64,000 bases of DNA from the human T2T-CHM13v2.0 reference genome, Homo sapiens, in assembly GCF_009914755.1 (NCBI RefSeq), contig NC_060928.1. One strand, 5' to 3'. Under the pieces are notes generated by a model. The model searched no databases, was not told the DNA's origin, and saw nothing but the letters and a program-made list of their open reading frames with translations. A program made the translations under genes and the position numbers. Below, piece after piece: positions 13,207 through 26,967 of the stretch; the stretch's first letter is position 1, and each line of letters opens with the position of its first letter.

Positions 13207-14552
13207 AGATAAGTGAGCCTACCAATGAGAACACATGGACACATAGAGGGCAACGACACACACTGGGACCTTTCAGAGAGCAGAGGGTTTGAGGAGGAAG
13301 AGTCTTGCGGGAAGTCAGGAACCCCAAACAGAGGGACCGGCTGAAGCCATGGTGGAAGAATATAAATTGTGAAGATTTCATGGATATTTATTAGTTCCCC
13401 AAATTAATACTTTCATAATTTCTTACGCCTGTCTTTACTGCAATCTCTGAACATAATTTGTGAAGATTTCATGGACACTTATCACTTCCCCAATCAATAC
13501 CCTTGTGATTTCCTTTGCCTGTCTTTACTCTAATCTCTTAATCCTGTCATCTTTGTAAACTGAGGAGGATGTATGTTGCCTCAGGACCCTTTGATGATTG
13601 CCTTAACTGCACAAATTATTTGTAGAGCATGTGTGTTTGAACAATGTGAAATCTGGCCACCTTGAAAAAAGAACAGGATAACAGCAATGTTCAGGGAACA
13701 AGATAGATAACCTTAAACTCTGACTGCTGGTGAGCCAGGCGGAACAGAGCCATATTTCTCTTCTTTCAAAAGCAAATGGGAGAAATATCACTGAATTCTT
13801 TTTCTCAGCATGGAACATCGCTGAGAAAGAGAATGCATTCCTGAGGGTAGGCCTCTGAAATGGCCACTTCCGGGGGGGCGGCCTTCTTTTATGTTCGAAG
13901 CTGTAGGGATGAAATAAGCCCATCTCCCATAGTGCTCCCAGGCTTATTAGGATGAGGAAATTCCCACCTAATAAATTTTGGTCAGACAGGTTGTCTGCTC
14001 TCAAAGCCTGTCTCCTGATAAGATGTTATCAATGACAATGTGTGCCTGAAACTTCATTAGCAATTTTAATTCCGCCCCAGTCCTGTGGTCCTGTGATCTC
14101 ACCCTGCCTCCATTTGCCTTATGATATTCTATTACCTTGTGAAGCACGTGATCTCTGTGACCCACATTCTATTTGTACACTCCCTCCCCTTTTGAATATC
14201 ACTAATAAAAACTTGCTGGTTTTATGGCTCAGGGGGCATCATGGAACCTGCTGACATGTGATGTCTCCCCTAGACACCCAGCTTTAAAGTTTCTCTCTTT
14301 TGTACTCCTTTATTTGTCAGACTGGCTGATGCTTAGTGAAATAGAAAAGCACCTAGATGAAATATTGGGGGTGAATTTCACCTGATATAGGGCTGAATTT
14401 CCCCTTATAGGAGAGAGTCAAGAAAAATAACTAATGGGTACTTGGCTTAATACCTGCGTGATGAAATAATGTGTACAACAAACTCCCATGACCCAAGCCG
14501 ACCTATGTAACAAACCTGCGCTTGTACCCCTGAACGTAAAACTTCAAAAAAA
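13207..14552 (+). mobile_element. L1PA 3'-end fragment split by a MER11 LTR
   Basis: atgagaacacatggacacatagaggggcaac (13227 onward) resumes after the LTR as aagaaaaataactaatgggtac...gatgaaataat...acctatgtaacaaacctg...cccctgaac plus an A tail. Confidence 0.85.
13303..14409 (+). mobile_element. MER11 solo LTR (HERV-K11/HML-8)
   Basis: Begins tcttgcgggaagtcaggaacccc...ctgaagccatgg. Contains an internal ~88-bp duplication (ttgtgaagatttcatgga twice) and aataaaaacttgctgg. Ends ccccttata. 6-bp TSD gaagag/ggagag with 1 mismatch. Confidence 0.9.
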
Positions 14553-14621
14553 AGAGAAAGTAAGTACCTTGTTTTATGAGTCAAATTCAAATTGGAGCAT
14601 GTCTGTTGGAATTCTAAAAAG

Positions 14622-14918
14622 GGACCGGGTGCAGTGGCTCACGCCTGTAATCCCAGGACTTTGGGAGGCAAATGAGGGTGGATCACGAGGTCAGGAGTTA
14701 CAGACCTGCCTGGCCAAGGGGGCAAAACTGTATCTTTATTAAAAATATAAAAAATTTAGCCAGGCATGGTGGCAGGCACCAGTAATCCCAGCTACTCAGG
14801 AGGATGAGGCAGAGAACTGCTTGAACCCAGGAAGCAGAGGTTGCAGTGAGCTGAGATCACACCACTGCACTCCAGCCCAGGCATCAGAGAGAGAATTCAT
14901 CTCAAAAAAAAAAAAAAA
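14622..14918 (+). mobile_element. Alu (AluS-like)
   Basis: Full dimer with an A tail. TSD gaattctaaaaag (14609-14621) / gagttctaaaaag (14919-14931). Confidence 0.93.
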
Positions 14919-15213
14919 GAGTTCTAAAAAGATGGAAGTCACCTACTTAAATGCTTTCCATATGGTTGACAAGGAAATGAGGACAAGGCAGGTTAAGTAA
15001 TGAGAACTGCTAGAAGACTGAAGTGAACAGAACATCTATATTTCCTTGACTGGATTTTATATTGAACCAGATTAAATAAAATCATGATGTTTTATACATA
15101 GTGACTTAGATATTGAGATAATAAATGAAAAATTCAAATATTTAAGTAATCATTAGGCAGACATAATTCCAGTGAAAAGAAGAGTAAGAAATTACTAATG
15201 GTCCACACCTTTT

Positions 15214-17589
<2,376 letters not shown>

Positions 17590-18399
17590 ACACCTTTTTT
17601 ATTAATGTATTTACTACATTTACTTTCAACTTCCAAATATAATGTTAAGCTTTTCATTTCTAAAACAATGAATTGGCAATGAGTTTACTTATATTCACTT
17701 GTTTCATAACTTATATTCTCATATCTGATGATTTACAAAGAAAGCAAATCTATCAATCATCTATGTATGAGAAGTACATGAATTTGCTTAAAAAGCACAT
17801 ATATATTTTTTCCAGTTACAAATTATTAAGCACTGTTTCCAAGAAAAAAACTCAAGTGACTTTTTTCCCATATATCCAGAATAATATCTCATTTGCTACA
17901 ATTGGAAATCATTTAAAGGTAGAAAAGACTGATTGGCAGTTCTTTAATAATAGGTCTGTTTAAAATATCCCAACATTGTGGTGATGCTAAATTTCATTCT
18001 GCTGGCTCTTAGCTCTTCAATGGCACAATCCAAAGCATTGACAGCAGTGGTTTATATGGTCTGCTATAGCTAAGCCAGAGAGTACATGCCTAGTACCACA
18101 ATGTGGCACTGATTTTGGAATTACCAAGCAATCTTCATAAACTAGAGTATAATCTACAAGTTTCTAACATCTACTTGCTATCTGAGTTTTAAAAGTAACT
18201 ACACATTTGCATCAAAAAAATTAGTATGGGTGATTACAAGAATGTTATACAGGATATAAAACTAAAAGCTGCTTTATAAATATTCAAATATCAGAGTTGT
18301 GTTGTACATATTAGAAAGCTAGTTATCACTAAATTTTATGGTGGAAGAAGCATCTGTACCTCTCTCCCTGCCTGGCTTCCTTCTACACGGTATGTGATG

Positions 18400-18973
18400 C
18401 TCTTTCAGTTTAGCAGTCCATAGATGGCTTGTGTTAGTCAGCTCAATTAGAAGCCTGCCTTATTACTGGAACAGAGGGTTTTCTGTGTCAGGGGTTCTTG
18501 CCTTGGTGTATCAGAAGAATGGGATCGTCGTGGGCTTGAAGAATGAGTGAAAGGTTTCATTGAGTAGAAGTAGTTCTCAGCAGATGAGGGAGCCAGAAAG
18601 GGGACGGTTTTCCCCTGGAGTCGGGCTGCTCTCCAACCACCCCAGTCAAATTCCGTGTTGTTCTGCCAGTTGGTGGCCTGCCTGCATGCTCCCCTGGACA
18701 TCCTCTTGACGTCCAGACATTTGTTTCTTCTTCTGCTAATCCACTCCTCTTGATGTCCAGCCACTTGTGTGCTTGCCTGCTAGAGTCTCAGGGGTTTTTA
18801 TAGGCACATGATGGGGGCGTGGCAGGGCAGTGTGGTCTTGGGAAATGCAACATTTGGGCATGAAAGCAGGAGTGCCTGTCTTCACCTAGGTCCCGGGGCA
18901 CAAGTCAGGGGTGGAGCCCTTGCCAGGTTCCTAAGCTTCTCCTCCTTGCAGTTCCCTGCCCCTATTCCATATC
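18400..18973 (-). mobile_element. ERV1-class solo LTR (subfamily uncertain)
   Basis: The minus strand starts GATATGGAATAGGGGCAGGGAA and has a TATA-like CCTATAAAAACCCC. It is a GC-rich insert that interrupts sequence homologous to 36690-36800. Confidence 0.65.
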
Positions 18974-18975
18974 GC

Positions 18976-19058
18976 TTTCTTTCCTATCCTCCTCCTCTTC
19001 CTCCTTCTCCTCCTCCTCCTTTTCCTCATCCTCCTCCTCCTCTTCCTTCTCCTGCTTC
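18976..19058. repeat. (CCT)n polypyrimidine simple repeat at the Alu tail
   Basis: cctcctcctcttcctccttctcctcctcctcct..., seen directly. Confidence 0.9.
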
Positions 19059-19060
19059 GT

Positions 19061-19372
19061 CTTTTTTGAGATAGGGTCACATTGTGTATCTGAAGCTGAA
19101 ATGCAGTGGTGCAATCATAGCTCACTTCAATCTCAAATTACTAGGCTCAATCAATCCTCTTGCCTCAGCCTCCTGAGTAACTGACACTACAGGCATTCAC
19201 CTCCATGTCCTGCTATTTTATTATTATTATTATTTTATTTATTTTTTTTATTTTTAGAAATGGGCTCTCTCTAAGTCATCTAGTTTGGTCTCAAACTCCT
19301 GGGCTCAATGGATTCTCCCACTTAGCCTCACAAAGTGCTGGTATTATAGGCATGAGCCACTGTTCCTGGCCT
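19061..19372 (-). mobile_element. Alu (AluJ-like)
   Basis: ttttttgagatagggtcac...gcagtggtgcaatcatagctcac...caaagtgctggtattataggcatgagccactg. Confidence 0.88.
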
Positions 19373-20197
19373 TGAGTCCTGCTTATATCCCCCTTCTTTC
19401 TCAGATGGGAGGTAGCATCAATATATGTGTTAGAAGCAAAGTCCTTTTGGGGCACATTTTATACTGCACGGGATCTACCTTAGATCCCCCTCTTTTCTGT
19501 TACTCCTTTCTTTAAGACATTGGCAAAGTCCAATCACCAAGGCAGTTTGGTTTTTCCATTTCTTAAAATCTACCTGGCTTAGTGGTACTTAGACTCAGGG
19601 AGGGGTGAGCCTTGGGTTTCCATTCTCTGAATAGCCCCTTGAGCAACATACTGAATTGGCCTATTTCAAAATTAGGGGAAGTAAAAAGGCCCAGATTACA
19701 TGGGAAGCCTAAACTCCATGATATGTTTTAGATTTTTTTCAATACCTACTCCTTGTTATTGTGCTAATGAAGTTACCCATTAAAACATAACTCCTTCATA
19801 ACTCCTTTCTGATAACATTTGTAGTGTGTACCCCTCAGTAATCCTGTAAACAAAAGTACTAAATGACAGGGCAGAATTTGTTGATATCTGTTACCTGCCT
19901 CCAATATCATGATAATACCAAAATGGCACACTGCACCTCCTCATTACCATTCTTTTTTGTTCTTCTAAATTCAAGTTATCATTTGGTGTCATTCTTTTTT
20001 TTCCAAATTATAAATAGTTTATAACTGTTCATATTAAGCAGAAATTCCATATCATCCACAATGTTATTACAGTAACTGAAACACAAAGAAGAAATAAGAG
20101 GTGGGTGGGGATGCTCATGGTGTATGACCTGATATACTGTAAGGTTTCTCTCTTTTTGTATGTGTCTCCCACAGGCAAGTATCAGTTCTCTCTCTCT

Positions 20198-20449
20198 CTT
20201 TTTTTTTTAGATAAAGTTTCATTCTTGTTACCCAGGCTAAAGAGCAATGGTGTGATCTTGGCTCACTGCAACCTCCGCCTCCCAGGTTCAAGCAAGCCTC
20301 TTGCCTCAGCCTCTCACGTAGCTGGGATTACAGGCATCCACCACCAGGCCTGGTTAATTTTTTGTATTTTTCATAGAGACAGGGTTTCGCCATGTTGGCA
20401 AAGCTGGTCTCAAACTCCTGACCTCAGGTGATCCACCCACCTCAGCCTT
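20198..20449 (-). mobile_element. Alu (AluS-like, 5' end missing)
   Basis: cttggctcactgcaacctccgcctcccaggttcaagc...ctcctgacctcaggtgatccacccacctcagcc. Confidence 0.9.
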
Positions 20450-20740
20450 CAGTTCAGGTTTTGAAGGAGAGTAGATTATCCAAGATTCATTAATTGTTAG
20501 GTATATTTTCCAAAGTGTGAAAAAACAGGAGTAAATTCGATAATGAATCTCTGCAATCCAAAACTATTTAATACAATCAAGAATATCTTTCTTATCTATT
20601 ATCACAAACATCCTAGTTGCCTCCTTCTAAAAATTTCTTTAAAACATTAAGACACAATTAATTCTACCTTATTAACTCTCTCAAAAGCAAAAGTAAATAT
20701 GTACCATTCAGCATACAAAAGTTACACAGTAAAAGTGAAA

Positions 20741-20890
20741 GTGTATATGTGTGTGTGTGTATATTTTACATATATATGTGTATATATATATGTGTGTGTG
20801 TATATATATGTATATATATATGTGTGTGTTTGTGTGTGTATATATATGTGTATATATATATACGTATATATATATGTGTATATATATATA

Positions 20891-20941
<51 letters not shown>
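20741..20941. repeat. Compound (TG)n/(TA)n microsatellite, about 200 bp
   Basis: Alternating tatatatgtgtgtg blocks that end in a pure (TA) run. Confidence 0.97.
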
Positions 20942-20943
<2 letters not shown>

Positions 20944-21688
20944 TGGTTAATTGGTCCACTCATTAAATTTACGTTTGGTCATCCTTACTCTTAACATGTA
21001 TATATAAATGTAGGTCACTATAAATTTGAAAAATTACCTCCACACAATACATGCTTTCTTCATGATGTCTTAACCTCATTCAGTTCTCAATCATTGCAAA
21101 TGTAGATAAGCCCACAGTTTGTGGGACAGTTAACATACAGGACAAACACTTGTTTTGTGGTAACTTACTGGGAAGGTAAGTGTGTTCTCTGGTATTTATA
21201 GAACTTAGATTGAAGACATTACTGGTATTCTCCAATACAATTGCTTTTAAACAGAATTTAATCTTAAACCTTGAGATAGCATAGGACAAACCCTATAAAA
21301 TACATTTTTCCTCTACAAAACACAAGATCCTTTTGAAACTTAGTATCTTCAGTTATCATTATTACTGCATTATAAAGCTAATTTATATAATTTTGCATAG
21401 CATTGGTCAAAATGACAAGGCAAAATAAAAGAAAATAAAGCATTATTATACAAACAAGAGAAGTCATTGAAAATAATTTAAGGCCTTGAAGTGAATTAAT
21501 CAGTCTAACTTAAACCTGAAGAATAAACCATTAATTATCCACCTAAAATGCAAGCAATATGTTTTTTTCAGCTTCTGTTCTGTGGACCAAGTAACAGAAA
21601 CAAATCTTCCTTATGGTTTATGTATTAGAATCCTTCTGGACTTGAATGACTAAAAGTCAATTCCATTTTTCAACTGTTCACGGAAGAT

Positions 21689-22460
21689 TTAGGACTGTTT
21701 TAGCCGTGTGTGTGGAATGCCAAACTGTGGACACTGTGCAGATGCTAGTGCTCAGAAGGCTTCTGCTGCTAAGTAAGGGTGAGACTGAATCATGGACTTC
21801 CACCTTGATGTTTCCATTATGTCGGTTGCTTGGTTGCTGTTCCAGTTTTTCTTATGTTTACACCCAAGTTGTCGAAGTACACTGCACCTACTAATAATGT
21901 CTATGGCTTTTGCTTTCAACTGTTCTGCAATGTGCAAATCTGCAAGGACAAGTGTATCAACAACATTTTCTACTGAGGGATTACTACACAAAGCTTCCTC
22001 ACACATGACTTTCAGCTGTTCCCAGTGCATGTTTGTCTGCAGCTGCCAACAAGTTGTCAGCCATTTTGTCAAGGTTTAGTTATTTCCCTGTGTTAATGAA
22101 TCTCATCATTTCTTTAAAAACATCAGGGCCTAAATCATTTATTTCCACTCGATTCTTTATGTTTTCTTCCATTTCATGTTCAAACATGGCATTAAAAACT
22201 GGGGATGGAAGTACCAGCAGATTTATGAGCTTTAAATTCTTGTCCTCTCACAAAAAACTACAGTCTGTACATCTTGTGTTTTCACAGAGATTACATAAAT
22301 CTTCTCCTAGTCGACACTCAGCCACCTTCAAAGTATTTGTATGTCCTGATATGTTTACTGAATCTAGTACCACACTCATCTCACAAAATAATGTAAGCTC
22401 GTCATCTGGTAAAAGACCTTCAGCTTCGTCAAGCAAATGGTCCCTTCTAATGAATTTTTG
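21689..22460 (-). pseudogene. SPOPL (speckle-type BTB/POZ protein-like) processed pseudogene, 5'-truncated
   Basis: Intronless and frameshifted. Translates [61 protein letters not shown], the SPOPL-specific insert [26 protein letters not shown], and the end RLKQS*. Probable 3' UTR continues leftward to an uncertain limit. Confidence 0.92.
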
Positions 22461-22703
22461 TTAACATCATTCTTGAGCAGTTGTTGGCTGAAGATTAATT
22501 TGATGAATGCAATTTTTCTAAAATGGATGATTCGGATGATTCGGATGTTAGCTGTTTAGAAATAGCTCCAAAAAAAGTTTTTGTAATACATGTTCACACT
22601 GAAAATGAATCAGATTTGCTTCAGCCTCCAAGAGTGTATTTATGTGAAATTAAATGAGTGCTGGCTGTGAGCTGTACCCTTTTCTTCCTAAACTGGAAAA
22701 TGG
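22459..22703 (+). mobile_element. MER75 (piggyBac non-autonomous DNA transposon), 3' half
   Basis: tgttaacatcattcttgagcagttgttggctgaagattaatttgatgaa...cagatttgcttcagcctc...aaattaaatgagtgctggc...aaactggaaaatgg|taaa matches my recollection of the MER75 right end and a degenerate TTAA site. Confidence 0.8.
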
Positions 22704-22726
22704 TAAAGAGGTGTGATTTCAAAAAG

Positions 22727-22816
22727 TTGCCCAGGCTGGCCTTGAAATTCTGGCTTCCGGTAGTCCACCCTCGTCAGCCTCCTGAGTAGCTGGAACTATA
22801 GGTGCATGCCACTGCA
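22727..22816 (-). mobile_element. Alu monomer (FLAM-like) fragment
   Basis: gttgcccaggctggccttgaaattctgg...cagcctcctgagtagctggaactataggtgcatgccactg. Confidence 0.75.
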
Positions 22817-25800
22817 GTCAACTTCTCCTAATATGTTTAAATAGTTGCCTCTAAAAACAATTTTCACTATTTATTCTTGTCACATTTTGGAGCTGATACC
22901 TGGTACTTTTTATGCTACCAATCTGGAAGTGGCTGGGTCATGTTTTCTTCTAAAATGTCTGTCTGCCTTCTTGTCATAAGTTTGTTCTGCCTCAGCATTG
23001 ATTTTTAGGCTTAACATGAGTTGTTTAAGATCTAGTCATAGCTTGTCACTTTTGGCTTTGTTAAAACTTCCCTTCCTCAAGTAGTTGATTGAGATAGAGT
23101 CTACTTGGTTCTCATCCTAATGACCCAGAAATGCAACACATCACGGAAGTGATGACCATGATATAACCTAATGATCAATACCAGAGTCGTATAATAATTT
23201 TCCCCTTCATGTGTTTTCCCTTAAGCTAGCCATTCCTCAACTCCTGCAGAGAAGCCTAGGAAATAATACCCATGGTCCTTAATAAAAGTCCTCCCACAGA
23301 GGTTCCCCCTCACACTTCTATGCAGGTGGTTGAGCTCTCTGCCACTTCTGGACTTTCTTTCAGTTTTCTATCATCATCCCTAACATCACTTAGGAACTGT
23401 GAGTAATAAATTTCTTCTATTTTATGTATTTTGTTCTTCCTTTCTCATTTCATTATATTTTACCTCACTCATATATCTGAAACTCACTTCCCCACCTCCA
23501 TCAGAACTTTCCAGGGTCTTAGTTTAAGGCCATTCTCAAGAAAGAGACTTCAATATAAAATTGGAAAGAGCTCATAACAATGTAAATCACAGCACCTCTG
23601 AATATATTTAATAACAGAGCAATTAGAACATAAAAGTTTAATTTTATACATCATAGAATTGCTATTTAGAAATAGGAGATGTTAGAAGTAAGAAAAAATA
23701 AAACACTTTGTCGAAGTTATATACATATTTGCAATTTTTTAAGTAATATTACCCAATAGGTTATACAATCATGCCAACTCATAATTCCAGGTTGCAAGGC
23801 ATGAAGGAGGGGAGAATGCGAGATGACTCTCTAATGGGTATAAAGCTTCCTTTTGTAGTGAAAAAATAATAATTTGGATCTGGATAGTGGTGATAGTGGC
23901 ACAACATTTCAAATATGTTAAATGCCAATGAATCATACAGATTAAATGCGTAAAGTGTAAAATTTTGTGGTGTGAGATTCCTATATCAATTATTTTTTTT
24001 TTTAAAAAGTGGCTGACCAGATTTGAGAAACCAAGAGGCCATAGTTTGTCAGCCCTTGGTTTATGCTACAAATTTATTTCCCACATGCTTGAAATAGTAA
24101 ATGCTGTCATTTTTATCATTTGCATTAGAAACATAACATGTTTTGAAACTATAATATATTATGCAATTATATAAACACTAAAGTTATTTTTATGGAAATT
24201 TTTTGACTTGTTTAATGATAATAGTGCAAATTTTATTTTGCTGTACACACAGTTGTTAGTGCTTTGCAATATTAATGAATTCATTCTTTTGGTAACCCCA
24301 TGATAGTGATAATGCTATGACAATCATTGCAATTTCATTGGTGAGGAAGCTGAGGCAAATAAAGTCCAAGTAACCTGTCCAATCCCACATCATTATATGG
24401 TGGTTTCTAAGACTTGAATCAAGGCCTTCTGGATCCAGAGTACCAGCTCTTAACCACCGTGTTATGCTGACACTCCTCTTTGGGGTACATATATTTTCAA
24501 AGTGTAGTATCACAGTTTCCCACTTATGTAGATATATATTAATTGTAATTTTATTACAAATGTATAATTTAAGATATGTAGAATTATTATTCCAGGTGTG
24601 TATCACTGCATAACAAATAGTTTTCAAATGTAGGGCCTTAAAACAACTGTAATCATTTCATTATCATCTCTCAGAGTCTGTGTGTTAGGTGGGCTCAGTT
24701 GTGTGTTCCTTCCAATGAGTTTCTTAGGTAGCTACTTTTCTATGGTGCCTGGGTCTATAATTATTTGAAGATCATTCACTTACATACTTAGTGATTCGTG
24801 TTGAAAGGTTCCAAGTCCTAGTGAGCTACCAGGATTCCTTAGGCATATATTTGTGTCTCTCTACCAAATTGTCATTTGTTATGGGGACTACTGACTGAGT
24901 TGTTGAGGTGTTGGGTAATAGTGACAGAAAAAAAGACATGAAAAGAAGAGACAGAAAGAGAGAAGGAGAAACAGAGCGAGAACATGCTCTGTTTCCAGCA
25001 GAGCTTTGAAAACTTAGCTGCATTATTTTCACTACCTTCTTTTAGTTGAGACAGTTACAAAGTTTGCCAAACTTCAAAGGGAGGGGATACTACTTGATAG
25101 GAAAATTGTCAATGTATTTATAGTCATATCTCAAAATAACAACACATATAACCTTTCAAAGAAGGCAGCAGAAGTTATTAAACTATCATATGATTCATAA
25201 AATATTAAAAATAGTACAAGAAAAAAATTACATGAATTTAGATTTCTACAATTACTGCAATTTTTAAACATTGTATTTTATTTATTCAAACATATTTTCA
25301 AAAACAGAACAAATGTTCTAAAAACAAGCTGCAAGTGGATAAAATAGATAACATACAAGAAACATTATCAAGTTTTTTGAATGACACTAATAAATTAATT
25401 TGTGATGTTACATTTTGGAACTTCCTGTCTTGAATTGCTGTGTTCATTTCACAAATTAAACTTTAAATCTCATAATTAATACATGAAAACGTTTGTGAAA
25501 AGTTAAACATTGCAGAATTATATAGAATAAAAATTTAAATTCTCATCCTTGTAATTACATGTATTTTTCAAGATTCTTTCTTCTTTGTAACAGTTTACAT
25601 ATACTTTATTTCATTGAAAAAATACGTTTTTTTGTTTTTCTGGAAACTACTTTTTCTGTTTAGCAATGTGATAATGAACCTGTTCTCTGCAATGGCTACC
25701 CTCATACATTTGTTGGAGGTACATGTGTTCATTGACTGAAAGCCATTTAAGTGCTGGAGAAATCATTCTGTTCATACATGTGCTTATATGCACGGATTTC

Positions 25801-26292
25801 TGCATGACAGATTCCTAGATGTAGAACTTCAGTTTCAAACGGCATATTCACATTTTATTTAAAAGTGTTATTTCAAATTTACTTCCTCAAAAATAGATTT
25901 CTCAGGTTTTTATAGGGTGAAAATCTTCTCTATGACATCAATTTGTTGGCATTATTTCTATTTTACTAAGCATCAGTAACTTTTTAATCTTTTATATCTT
26001 ATGGGCCATTTTTACTTCGAATTGCTTCTTCATATTTTAATCAATTTTTTATTAGATTGTTTGTCGGTTTTGGTTAGTGATTTCTAGTACTCACTGAACA
26101 ATGGATACCAATCTTTTGTTATGCGTGTTATAGGATAGGTTTTATGTGAATTAATACAGGTTTATAAGCATGATAAAACAACATTATTAATCTTTGGCAC
26201 TATATAAGTTCTGCTTTTCTTTATATCTTTATTAATTCCTAGAAGATTTGCATAAAATTTTCTATAATTCCTCCATCTTATCAATGTTTTAG

Positions 26293-26293
26293 A

Positions 26294-26347
<54 letters not shown>

Positions 26348-26400
26348 GTGATTTATCTATGTCTATGTAATTATAAATATATATATATATATAAATATAT
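26293..26400. repeat. (TG)n(TA)n microsatellite
   Basis: gtgtgtgtgt...tatatatata, seen directly. Confidence 0.92.
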
Positions 26401-26967
26401 TTGTTTTTAATCACACCTTGTGCCGGAGAATATTTTTTGTGAAAATTGGTAAATGGTAAGACTTTTTAGTGACAAAGACAACTAGGTTTCTGTCAATCTG
26501 GACTAGTTTGATCATAAAATGCTTCGCTGATATGTAGATTAAAGGAGATTGATGGCTTAATTTAAGTATTTTCCACAAAATTTATAAACTTCTTGTATTC
26601 TTTGTAAATATTTTTGACTTACTAAAAAATTTATGTTTCCATATTACATTTGTAGGAGGGATGAATCAAAAATCTCTGTGGAAAATAAAAAAATAGATAT
26701 GATCATTTAAAATATAGTTATGTAGAATAATAATAATTATTTCAAGCTGTCTTCAAAACACACTTTGAATTTTAAATTCAATAACATACCTATAGCTAGT
26801 TAATTGATGCTGTGTCTTGTTTTAAAAGAAATGGACATGTATATGTACATGTATGTTTAACAAGATTGAAAATTCACTAAGTCCCTTTAGAGTGCAATTT
26901 CTATATGATCACAACCTAAAATTAAGGACTTACATTTTTTATTAAAGGCCAAAAATGATAATAAAAC

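Noticed and set aside
18808-19125. Poly-Pro and poly-Arg (protamine-like) ORFs
   Set aside because: They are translations of the (CCT)n repeat between an LTR and an Alu.
20699-20994. Several overlapping Y/I/V/C/H-rich ORFs
   Set aside because: They are artefacts of the dinucleotide microsatellite.
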